This document shows, piece after piece, positions 9,244-17,086 of a DNA stretch of 64,000 bases. The notes beneath the pieces were generated by a model. It saw only the letters and a program-made list of their open reading frames with translations. It searched no databases and was not told where the DNA came from. The stretch's first letter is position 1. Each line of letters starts with the position of its first letter. This stretch comes from Mycobacterium sp. (GTDB lineage Bacteria; Actinomycetota; Actinomycetes; Mycobacteriales; Mycobacteriaceae): NCBI GenBank assembly GCA_044223235.1, contig JBGAME010000003.1. One strand, written 5' to 3'. The translations under genes and the position numbers were made by a program.

Positions 9244-11205
9244 TCAGTTTCTCCGTTCCGGATGGTCGCCCAGTTCAGCGTCCGTGTAGTACTTCTCCAG
9301 CTCCGAGAGCTCGAAACAGTCCAGAAGATCGGGTCGCATAGGGACCTGCGACTCGGGTGTCACGCTCACATCGGGGACCAGAGCCGCCGTGGGGTCGCCC
9401 CCCGCCGCGCGGCACACCAGCAGCGTGTTGCGCCAGTCGGCGTCCATCTGCGGATAGTCATCGCGGGTATGGCCGCCGCGACTCTCGGTGCGCTGCAACG
9501 CGGCCTTGGCCACGCACTCGCTGACAAGCAGCATGTTGCGCATGTCGACGGCCAGGTGCCAGCCCGGGTTGAATTGCCGGTGGCCTTCGACGGTGACGTT
9601 ACGTAGTCGGGCCTTGAGCTCCGCGAGTCGGGTCAGCGCATCCTCGATCTCGTCGGCCCGGCGGATGATCCCGACGAGATCGTTCATCGACTGCTGCAGC
9701 TCTTGGTGCAGCGTGTAGGGATTCTCGGCGTGGGGATGCTCGTCGAAGGGGGACAGGGCCATCTTTGCGGCGGCGTCTACGGCGTCGTCGGGGACCCTCG
9801 GCCGGTCGGCGAGCGCACGCACGTAGTCAGCCGCACCGAGGCCCGCGCGGCGCCCGAAGACGAGCAGGTCCGAGAGTGAGTTGCCGCCCAGCCGGTTGCT
9901 GCCGTGCATTCCGCCCGAGCATTCGCCCGCGGCGAACAGACCCGGCGTCCTCGCCGCCCCGCTGTCGGGGTCGACCTCGATGCCGCCCATGACGTAGTGG
10001 CAGGTCGGCCCGACTTCCATCGCGTCCTTGGTGATATCGACCTCCGCCAGCTCCATGAACTGGTGGTACATCGACGGCAGCCGGCGCTTGATCTCCTCGA
10101 TGGGGATGCGCGAGGCGATGTCGAGATAGACCCCGCCGTGCGGGGTGCCCCGTCCGGCCTTGACCTCGGAGTTGATGGCGCGGGCCACCTCGTCGCGGGG
10201 CAGCAGGTCAGGGGTGCGCCTCGCGGAGTCGTTGTCCTTGAGCCATTGGTCCGCCTCTTCCTCGGTCTCGGCGTACTGGCCCTTGAAGACCGAGGGGATG
10301 TAGTCGAACATGAACCGCTTGCCGTCGGAGTTCTTCAGCACCCCGCCGTCGCCGCGCACACCCTCGGTGACCAGAATGCCCTTCACACTGGGCGGCCAGA
10401 CCATCCCGGTGGGGTGGAACTGGATGAATTCCATGTTGATCAGCGTCGCGCCGGCCCGAAGCGCCAACGCATGTCCGTCGCCGGTGTACTCCCAGCTGTT
10501 GGACGACACCTTGAAGGATTTGCCGATCCCGCCCGTGGCGAGCACCACGGCCGGGGCCTCGAACAGGATGAACCGGCCCGACTCGCGCCAGTAACCGAAC
10601 GCGCCGGCGATTCTGCGTTCACCGCCGGTCTCGTCGAGGATCAGCTCGGTGATCGTGCACTCCGCGAACACCTTGATCCTGGCCTCGTAGTCGCCCAGCT
10701 CGGCCTTGTCCTCCTGCTGCAGCGAGACGATCTTCTGCTGCATGGTCCGGATGATCTCCAGGCCGGTGCGGTCACCGACGTGGGCCAGGCGCGGGTAGGT
10801 ATGGCCGCCGAAGTTGCGCTGGCTGATCCGGCCGTCCTTGGTGCGGTCGAACAGCGCGCCGTAGGTCTCCAGCTCCCACACCCGGTCGGGAGCTTCCTGC
10901 GCGTGCAGTTCGGCCATCCGCCAGTTGTTGAGGAACTTGCCGCCCCGCATCGTGTCGGCGAAGTGGACCTGCCAGGTGTCCTTCGGGTTGGCGTTCTTCA
11001 TCGACGCCGCGCAGCCGCCCTCGGCCATCACCGTGTGCGCCTTGCCGAACAGTGACTTGCATACGACGGCGACGCGCAGGCCGCGCTCCCTGGCCTCGAT
11101 CACCGCTCGCAGCCCGGCGCCGCCGGCTCCGATGACGATCACGTCGTAGGGATGCCGTTCCACCGCCGACGAGGCCCTCGGTCGAGGAGAACCCGGCTCA
11201 GCCAT
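9244..11205 (-). CDS. Succinate dehydrogenase/fumarate reductase flavoprotein subunit (Rv0248c-like)
   Basis: FAD fold YDVIVIGAGGAGLRA, plus HTVMAEGG (the covalent-FAD His region) and GGNSLSDLLVFG. Confidence 0.92.
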   Translation of the reverse strand: MAEPGSPRPRASSAVERHPYDVIVIGAGGAGLRAVIEARERGLRVAVVCKSLFGKAHTVMAEGGCAASMKNANPKDTWQVHFADTMRGGKFLNNWRMAELHAQEAPDRVWELETYGALFDRTKDGRISQRNFGGHTYPRLAHVGDRTGLEIIRTMQQKIVSLQQEDKAELGDYEARIKVFAECTITELILDETGGERRIAGAFGYWRESGRFILFEAPAVVLATGGIGKSFKVSSNSWEYTGDGHALALRAGATLINMEFIQFHPTGMVWPPSVKGILVTEGVRGDGGVLKNSDGKRFMFDYIPSVFKGQYAETEEEADQWLKDNDSARRTPDLLPRDEVARAINSEVKAGRGTPHGGVYLDIASRIPIEEIKRRLPSMYHQFMELAEVDITKDAMEVGPTCHYVMGGIEVDPDSGAARTPGLFAAGECSGGMHGSNRLGGNSLSDLLVFGRRAGLGAADYVRALADRPRVPDDAVDAAAKMALSPFDEHPHAENPYTLHQELQQSMNDLVGIIRRADEIEDALTRLAELKARLRNVTVEGHRQFNPGWHLAVDMRNMLLVSECVAKAALQRTESRGGHTRDDYPQMDADWRNTLLVCRAAGGDPTAALVPDVSVTPESQVPMRPDLLDCFELSELEKYYTDAELGDHPERRN

Positions 11206-11267
11206 TTACCCTCACTTGCCTTTTCGTGCGTGCACTAGCGCTCATGTCAGCGAGATCTTCGAGATTG

Positions 11268-12089
11268 TCAGCCAATGAATCTCAGATCCGAAATGGTGTT
11301 GCTGGCAACCAGCATGACGTAGAAGTCGGTCAGCATCAGAGTGCCGAGGGTGATCCACGCGAACTGCATGTGGCGGGTGTTGAGCTTGCTGATCTGCGTC
11401 CAGATCCAGTAGCGCACAGGATGTTTGGAGAAGTGCTTGAGCCGGCCGCCGGTGACGTGCCTGCATGAGTGGCAGGACAGCGTGTACGCCCACAGCAGGA
11501 TGACGTTGAGGGTGAGGATGACGTTGCCGAGACCGAATCCGAAGCCCGACGGCGAATGGAAGGCGGTGACGGCGTCGTAGGTGTTGACCAGCGAGATGAG
11601 CACCGCGACGTAGAAGAAATAGCGGTGGAAGTTCTGCATGATGAGCGGGAAGCGAGTCTCTCCGGTGTATTTCGCGTGCGGCTCGGCCACCGCGCATGCC
11701 GTCGGGGACTGCCACACCGACCGGTAGTAGGCGCGCCGGTAGTAGTAACAGGTCAGGCGGAACAGTAGAAGGAACGGCAGTGAAATGAACGCCATCGGGA
11801 TGAACCACGGCAGTTCGCCGACCCACGTGCCGAAATGGCTTGACCCCGGCGCACACGCCGTGCTCACGCACGGTGAGTAGAACGGTGTCAGATAGTGGTA
11901 TTCGGGAACCCAATACGCGCTGCCCCAGAATGCGCGCACGGTCGCGTAGATGACGAATGTGGCCAGGCCCAGGTCAGTCAGCAGCGGGGCCTTCCACCAC
12001 CGATCGGTACGCAGTGTGCGCTGGGGAATTGCAGCGCGGTTGGACGAGAAGACGCCCGTCCCCGGGCGGTCAGCGGTGGGTGCGCTCAA
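11268..12089 (-). CDS. Membrane anchor subunit of the Sdh1-type complex (Rv0249c-like)
   Basis: Multi-TM protein lying immediately upstream of, and co-directional with, the flavoprotein and Fe-S genes. Confidence 0.7.
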   Translation of the reverse strand: MSAPTADRPGTGVFSSNRAAIPQRTLRTDRWWKAPLLTDLGLATFVIYATVRAFWGSAYWVPEYHYLTPFYSPCVSTACAPGSSHFGTWVGELPWFIPMAFISLPFLLLFRLTCYYYRRAYYRSVWQSPTACAVAEPHAKYTGETRFPLIMQNFHRYFFYVAVLISLVNTYDAVTAFHSPSGFGFGLGNVILTLNVILLWAYTLSCHSCRHVTGGRLKHFSKHPVRYWIWTQISKLNTRHMQFAWITLGTLMLTDFYVMLVASNTISDLRFIG

Positions 12090-12217
12090 GGCTCCCTTTC
12101 CTGTATCGGTCGCAGACCACGCGGGTGCGCGAAGCCGGTTCCTCGGCGGTTCCGTCAGTTCCTGCTCGCATGTTGTCTATCGGATGCGGGGCATTCCGCT
12201 CGTCGCGGCGCAAGCGC

Positions 12218-12511
12218 TCATCGCTGCCCCCCGACACCTTCGTCGTCCACATCCCGCCAGAAGTCCGAGTCGTACTGGGTATCGGGGATCGGGATCTTCT
12301 CCGGTTGCTTGTGACGCGTGACCCGCCTGCCGAGCTCCAGCTCCTCTGCGTCGATGTCGAGCCGGTCGACGGCATTGAGAATGCCCTCGGCGTCGTTCAC
12401 AATGCGGCGGGTGGCGGGCGAGTCACCGTACCTGGACACCAGCGCCGTGACGCAGCGCCGCAGATCTCCGATCAGCTCGTGCAGCTCGGTGAACTCGGTG
12501 GTGCTGGACAA
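12218..12511 (-). CDS. Conserved hypothetical protein (occupies the Rv0250c position)
   Basis: 97-aa acidic ORF MSSTTEFTELHELIGDLRRCV... with coding-like GC3, lying upstream of the Sdh operon. Confidence 0.6.
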   Translation of the reverse strand: MSSTTEFTELHELIGDLRRCVTALVSRYGDSPATRRIVNDAEGILNAVDRLDIDAEELELGRRVTRHKQPEKIPIPDTQYDSDFWRDVDDEGVGGQR

Positions 12512-12573
12512 TTGACCTCCTCGGGCTGAAGGGTGTCATCGATCACAGTACGACAATCGATGCTAGTCACATT

Positions 12574-13401
12574 ATGAAGTGCGACGTGACGAAGGTCACG
12601 CCGCACGACCCAGAGTGGAAGGATGACGGCGTGTCCGACGCAGTGTCGAAGCAGGAACTACAAGATCGGGCAGCCGCGTTGCTCGCGCTGCACCAGCCGG
12701 GCAATCCGGTCATTCTCCCCACGGTGTGGGACGCCTGGTCGGCGAAGCTGGCCGTCGACGCGGGCTTTTCGGCCCTGACGGTGGGCAGCCATCCGGTGGC
12801 CGACTCGCTCGGTAAGGGGGACAACGAGGGGATGTCGTTCGACGACCTGCTCGCGCGCGTCGCCCAGATCACCGCGGCCGTCGACGTCCCCGTGTCGGTC
12901 GACATCGAATCGGGCTACGCCGAGTCCCCGGGCCGCCTCATCGACGGCCTGCTCGGTGTCGACGCGGTCGGGCTCAACATCGAAGACACCGTGCACAGTG
13001 AGGGTGGCCGGCTGCGGGACTCCGCCGAGCACGCCCAGCTCGTCGGGGCGTTGCGTGAAGCCGCCGACTCCGCCGGTGTACACGTGGTGGTCAATGCGCG
13101 CACTGACCTGTTCCTGCGCCAGGACGGTGACGCGTCGGATCGTGTCGACCGAGCCATCGTCCGGCTGACCGAGGCGGCTGCCGCCGGCGCCGACGTCCTG
13201 TATCCGGTCGGACGTCACGACCCGGATACCTTGCGGCGCTTGGCGACCGAACTTCCGCTTCCCATCAATGCGATCGCCCTGCCGAACCAGGATGACCCCG
13301 CCTCGTTCGGCCCGCTGGGGGTTGCCCGGATCAGCTTCGGCCCATTTCTACAGGCGGCGTTGACTGCTCGGGCCAACGAGATCCTCGCGCGCTGGGTGTG
13401 A
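12574..13401 (+). CDS. Isocitrate lyase / PEP mutase family enzyme
   Basis: LPTVWDAWSAKLAVDAGFSALTVGS...VSVDIESGY...GLNIED are the family motifs. The start codon is uncertain. Confidence 0.75.
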   Translation: MKCDVTKVTPHDPEWKDDGVSDAVSKQELQDRAAALLALHQPGNPVILPTVWDAWSAKLAVDAGFSALTVGSHPVADSLGKGDNEGMSFDDLLARVAQITAAVDVPVSVDIESGYAESPGRLIDGLLGVDAVGLNIEDTVHSEGGRLRDSAEHAQLVGALREAADSAGVHVVVNARTDLFLRQDGDASDRVDRAIVRLTEAAAAGADVLYPVGRHDPDTLRRLATELPLPINAIALPNQDDPASFGPLGVARISFGPFLQAALTARANEILARWV

Positions 13402-13411
13402 GGTCGGCGCG

Positions 13412-14671
13412 TCAGGCATCCAGACCGGCCGCGCACACCACCGCCCAGAGCACCTCGGGATGGCAGATGTCACTGTGCGCCCCGCTGAACGGCGACTGGT
13501 TGGCGTTGATGACCTCGTTGGAGTCCAACGCGTAGAACGTCGCCGGAGAGAAGTGGTAGGGCTTGCCCGCTGCCGACAGAGGCACCACGGTCGCCGCCGG
13601 CCGCTGCTGGTAGCCGTCGCGGCCCATCGCGCCCCACCGGTAGACCAGGTCGTCGGCGGCCTCGCTGTCTTCGCGCGCCAGCATGCTCGCGGCGGGGTAC
13701 CACCACCCGACTGCGCGGTCCGCAGAGCTGAACGTGGCGATCAGCGGGCCGTCGACGCGGTCGCGGACACCGGCCAGACCGCCGCTTCTGGCGGCGTCGA
13801 TCGGCAGCGGTGAGGCGAAGGTGAAATGTGAGAAGGCGCCCTGGACCAGGGTCAGGGACTTGACCGCGCTCGCCGACCCGCGCCAGCCGTCGGGCAATCC
13901 CGCCAGGGCATAGGACACCAGCCGCGCGCCGAAGCTGTGGCCGATCAGGTGGATTCGCGGTGGTCCGGCCAGCCGGCCCAGCAGCGGACCCAGCCCGGCC
14001 TGCCCGACAACGCCGGCCCGATTCTTCATCTCGTAGTAGCTCAGCGTGCGCAGCACCTCCTTGGCGCCCGACCAGAACACCGAGAACGGATTGCCGATCC
14101 CTTGCGCGTCGCCACCCTGCCGGGGCGCCATCGCCGCGGCATGGCTGAGAACTGTGAGCGTGTCGGCGCTGAGGAGCCGAGACTCGCCGGTGTCCTCGCC
14201 GCCCTGCGGTGGGGTGGTCACCAGCTGGTTGGCCAGCACGTGGAACTCGTTGAGCTTCGCGGCGTCCTGGGGCCTGTCGTCGAGCAGCTCGCCGATGGTC
14301 GCCAACGGCTGTTGCTGGCCGGGGAACGCGGGGGCCAGTGCGGCCGCGAGCTGAGCGCCCGTGGACGGAACCGCCCGCGCGGTCGCCGGGTCGTCCTCGG
14401 GGAACAGCAGTGAGGGCCAGATGAGGCCGACGGCGACGCTGGCGGACCGGCGTGCGCCCAGCTGGTCGGCTAGCAGGCCGAACATCGCGCGATACAGGTT
14501 GCGCGCCGAGTCCACGCCGTTGTTCCAGCCGTGCGACATGACGAACACGTCGCTGATCCCGCTCGCCGCGACTGCCGCGATGAGCCCGCCGTCCCCGCCG
14601 CCCGCGGTGTCCAGGGAGCCGTCTGCGGTGAATTCGACTTCGTAGTACGGCATTCCGTTGATCGTGGCCAT
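13412..14671 (-). CDS. Cytoplasmic alpha/beta-hydrolase, DUF900-like (419 aa)
   Basis: VFVMSHGWNNG (HG oxyanion region) and IHLIGHSFGARL (GxSxG nucleophile elbow). No signal peptide. A GAGGAA RBS is present. It lies 45 bp downstream of the S8 gene on the same strand. Confidence 0.75.
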   Translation of the reverse strand: MATINGMPYYEVEFTADGSLDTAGGGDGGLIAAVAASGISDVFVMSHGWNNGVDSARNLYRAMFGLLADQLGARRSASVAVGLIWPSLLFPEDDPATARAVPSTGAQLAAALAPAFPGQQQPLATIGELLDDRPQDAAKLNEFHVLANQLVTTPPQGGEDTGESRLLSADTLTVLSHAAAMAPRQGGDAQGIGNPFSVFWSGAKEVLRTLSYYEMKNRAGVVGQAGLGPLLGRLAGPPRIHLIGHSFGARLVSYALAGLPDGWRGSASAVKSLTLVQGAFSHFTFASPLPIDAARSGGLAGVRDRVDGPLIATFSSADRAVGWWYPAASMLAREDSEAADDLVYRWGAMGRDGYQQRPAATVVPLSAAGKPYHFSPATFYALDSNEVINANQSPFSGAHSDICHPEVLWAVVCAAGLDA

Positions 14672-14716
14672 GGTGCGTTCCTCGTATCGAAGGGGCTGGT
14701 ATCGAAGGGCTTGCGG

Positions 14717-16237
14717 TCAGGTGTTGGACAATGCCCGCATGAGGTCGACCAGACCTGCGCCCTGGTAAAACTGGTGGCGGCCCAGGTCCGTGGCGGTGGA
14801 CATCAGGATGTCCTTCACCTGCTGGGGCTGTCCGATGAACTCGGTACGGGTCGACATGAATGCGGCGGCCACCCCCGACACGTGCGCCGCGGCCATCGAG
14901 GTCCCGCTGTCTTCGATGTAACAGGCTGCGCCTGCGGCATCGCCGTTCTCCGCGGTCAGGGGCGGAACACCTGCGGCCAGCCCACCGGTCGCGGCCGACG
15001 TGATGCGCTCGCCGGGGGCCACCAGATCGGGTTTGAGCCGACCGTCCAGCGTCGGTCCCTTCGACGAGTCGAAGGTGATGCCGAAGGTATGCGGGCGGTA
15101 GCGGTGGACGGAACCGACGGTGATGGCGCATGCGGCGTTGCCGGGATCGGTGATCGTGGCCAGCTGTCCGTATATGTCATTGCTCATGCCGGTCATCGTG
15201 CCGCCGGCCCCCGAGTTGCCCGCGCTGACGACGGCGACCACACCGGTACCGACCAACAGATCCAGCTCCTTGCAGAGCGGACTCTGGCCTGCAGCGTAAT
15301 CTCTTGGTAGCCAACCACATCCGAGCGACAGGTTGACGCCGTGGATCTGCAGGTCGCGGCCGTAGCCGTTGATGGTCCGGACATAGTCCAGGGCATCGAT
15401 GATGACACTCGACAGTGTTTTGGCGTTGTCGTCGAGCACCTTGAGGCTGACGAGGTTGGCCTTCGGTGCCACCCCCGACAGGCAACCGCCGTCGGCGAGT
15501 CCGCGCGGCACCCAGTTCGGAAAGCCCTCGGCGGTGGGCTCGTTGGCGGCGATGCGCAGGACGGCCGCGTCGGTGGGCGCGCATCCGGCGATAATTCCCG
15601 CGACGTGGGTGCCGTGGCCCACCGGATCGGTCAGCGGATCAACGGGCGGGCCGGATCGCAGGGTGAAGTCGCGGTGCAGCGCCTTGACCGAATCGGCGGT
15701 CAGCGTGGCGTTCGCGACGAAGTGCGGGTGTGTCGCGTCGATTCCCGAATCCAGAACGGCCCAGACGATGCCGGCTCCGCTGCAGCAGTAGGTGCGCGAT
15801 GCGGCGTCGGCCTTGATCGTGCCCAACGACCGGTCCAGGTGTGCGTCGACCACGAGATCGGGCCAGACGTGAAAGATCAGTGAGAGCGCGCGTTGCGCCG
15901 CCCGCGTCGTCGGAGACCGGGAACCACCCTGGACGAGCTGCCGGACCTCGTCGGGGGTCAGCACGCAGCGCATGTAGTGGCGGCCCACTGGTTCGGGCTG
16001 CGGTGGACCGTCGGCGGCGTTGAAAACCTGCGTGAACAGATCCATGAACCTGCCGCGGACGATGTCGGGAATGTCGCCGGGCTCCAGCCGCAACTCGACG
16101 AGCACCACGCGCCGGTCCTGCTCGTCGGCGAGTAGCGCGCGGGCCGCGTCGGGCGGAGCCGCATCGCGATCGCTCAGGACCAGCGGGCTGACCAATGACG
16201 GGCGGGGACCGCGCGGGAGCAACGGCTCTGGGGGCAC
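14717..16237 (-). CDS. Intracellular S8 (subtilisin-family) serine peptidase with an N-terminal extension of about 150 aa
   Basis: Catalytic triad motifs AVLDSGID, HGTHVAGI and GTSMAAAHVSG. There is no hydrophobic N-terminal signal. The GTG start at 16237 is uncertain. Confidence 0.85.
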   Translation of the reverse strand: MPPEPLLPRGPRPSLVSPLVLSDRDAAPPDAARALLADEQDRRVVLVELRLEPGDIPDIVRGRFMDLFTQVFNAADGPPQPEPVGRHYMRCVLTPDEVRQLVQGGSRSPTTRAAQRALSLIFHVWPDLVVDAHLDRSLGTIKADAASRTYCCSGAGIVWAVLDSGIDATHPHFVANATLTADSVKALHRDFTLRSGPPVDPLTDPVGHGTHVAGIIAGCAPTDAAVLRIAANEPTAEGFPNWVPRGLADGGCLSGVAPKANLVSLKVLDDNAKTLSSVIIDALDYVRTINGYGRDLQIHGVNLSLGCGWLPRDYAAGQSPLCKELDLLVGTGVVAVVSAGNSGAGGTMTGMSNDIYGQLATITDPGNAACAITVGSVHRYRPHTFGITFDSSKGPTLDGRLKPDLVAPGERITSAATGGLAAGVPPLTAENGDAAGAACYIEDSGTSMAAAHVSGVAAAFMSTRTEFIGQPQQVKDILMSTATDLGRHQFYQGAGLVDLMRALSNT

Positions 16238-16333
16238 TCTCGTATGGTGTGGCTCCGGCGTCGGTCCGCGCGCGAGTATCGAACTACTTGTTTCCTGCGG
16301 ATGTCCTGAACCCGCTCACCGGGCCCGCCAAAG

Positions 16334-16363
16334 AAATCCGGTGGGTATGACCCCACCGGATTT
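16334..16363 (-). terminator. Hairpin terminator after hsp
   Basis: Perfect 12-bp stem AAATCCGGTGGG / CCCACCGGATTT with a 6-nt loop, 18 bp beyond the hsp stop. The A/T-flanked arms could work in both directions. Confidence 0.7.
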
Positions 16364-16380
16364 CGGCACCTCGTCGAAAC

Positions 16381-16881
16381 TTACTTGCTGTCGATCGCGA
16401 TGCGCTGCGCGCCGGGAACCTCGGGCTTCTTGTGTGCCCCGGTTATCCGCACGGTGAGTACGCCTGCGTCGTAGGACGCGGTGACGGCGTCACCGGTGAT
16501 GTGCTCGGGCAGCGCGAACGAACGGCGGAAGGAGCCGTACCTGACCTCACGTAGGGTCCTGCGCACGGGGGCCTGCTCGTCCTTGCCGTCCTCAGTGCCG
16601 TCCCGGGGGCCCTGCTCGGCGGTGAACTCGTCGCGGCGCTCGCCGTGGATGACCAGTCGGCCGTCCTCGACATCTACGTTGACGTCCTTGGCGACGTCGA
16701 CACCGGGCAGCTCCACACGCACGATCGCGTCGTCACCGTCCCGGACGATCTCCGCGGCGGGATTGAAGCCTGCCGGCAGTGGCTTGAACCAGTCGTCGGC
16801 GGTGGCGGGGCCGAAGAAATCACGGACCCAGCGGTCTGCATTCCACGCGGGACGAGCCCACAGGGTGACATTCCTGCTCAT
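16381..16881 (-). CDS. hsp: Hsp20/alpha-crystallin small heat-shock protein (Rv0251c/acr2-like)
   Basis: The alpha-crystallin core ...VRVELPGVDVAKDVNVDVEDGRLVIHGER...GVLTVRI is present. An AAGGAG RBS lies before the ATG at 16881. The gene is divergent from nirB, as in M. tuberculosis. Confidence 0.9.
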   Translation of the reverse strand: MSRNVTLWARPAWNADRWVRDFFGPATADDWFKPLPAGFNPAAEIVRDGDDAIVRVELPGVDVAKDVNVDVEDGRLVIHGERRDEFTAEQGPRDGTEDGKDEQAPVRRTLREVRYGSFRRSFALPEHITGDAVTASYDAGVLTVRITGAHKKPEVPGAQRIAIDSK

Positions 16882-17024
16882 GAGTGCTCCTTGTCTGTGT
16901 TGTCCGACCGGCACCTCACCGGTCTCACCCGATAGAACTTGAGTCGATCACGCTTAAGTTCCGTCTGGGTGTTCGCCGGGAGTGAACAGGTCTCACAACG
17001 CGGTGTCCGGGCAAGTGAGCACAG

Positions 17025-17042
17025 TGTGATGGCGGCTTCACA
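17025..17042. promoter_or_regulatory. Palindrome TGTGA-N8-TCACA in the hsp/nirB divergent promoter region
   Basis: The half-sites are CRP/FNR-like, but the spacer is 8 nt rather than the canonical 6. It lies 45-62 bp upstream of the nirB ATG. Confidence 0.25.
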
Positions 17043-17086
17043 CAGGGCCGACACGGCCGCAATATCGGCTCCCTAGCCTCGGCCGC

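Noticed and set aside
9904-11055. 383-aa plus-strand ORF overlapping the Sdh flavoprotein gene
   Set aside because: It is an antisense shadow ORF with no motifs, and the minus-strand product carries clear FAD-binding signatures.
13470-15131. 553-aa minus-strand ORF spanning the hydrolase and S8 genes in another frame
   Set aside because: It is extremely Arg/Pro/Gly-rich and crosses the intergenic gap between two genes that have catalytic motifs in other frames.
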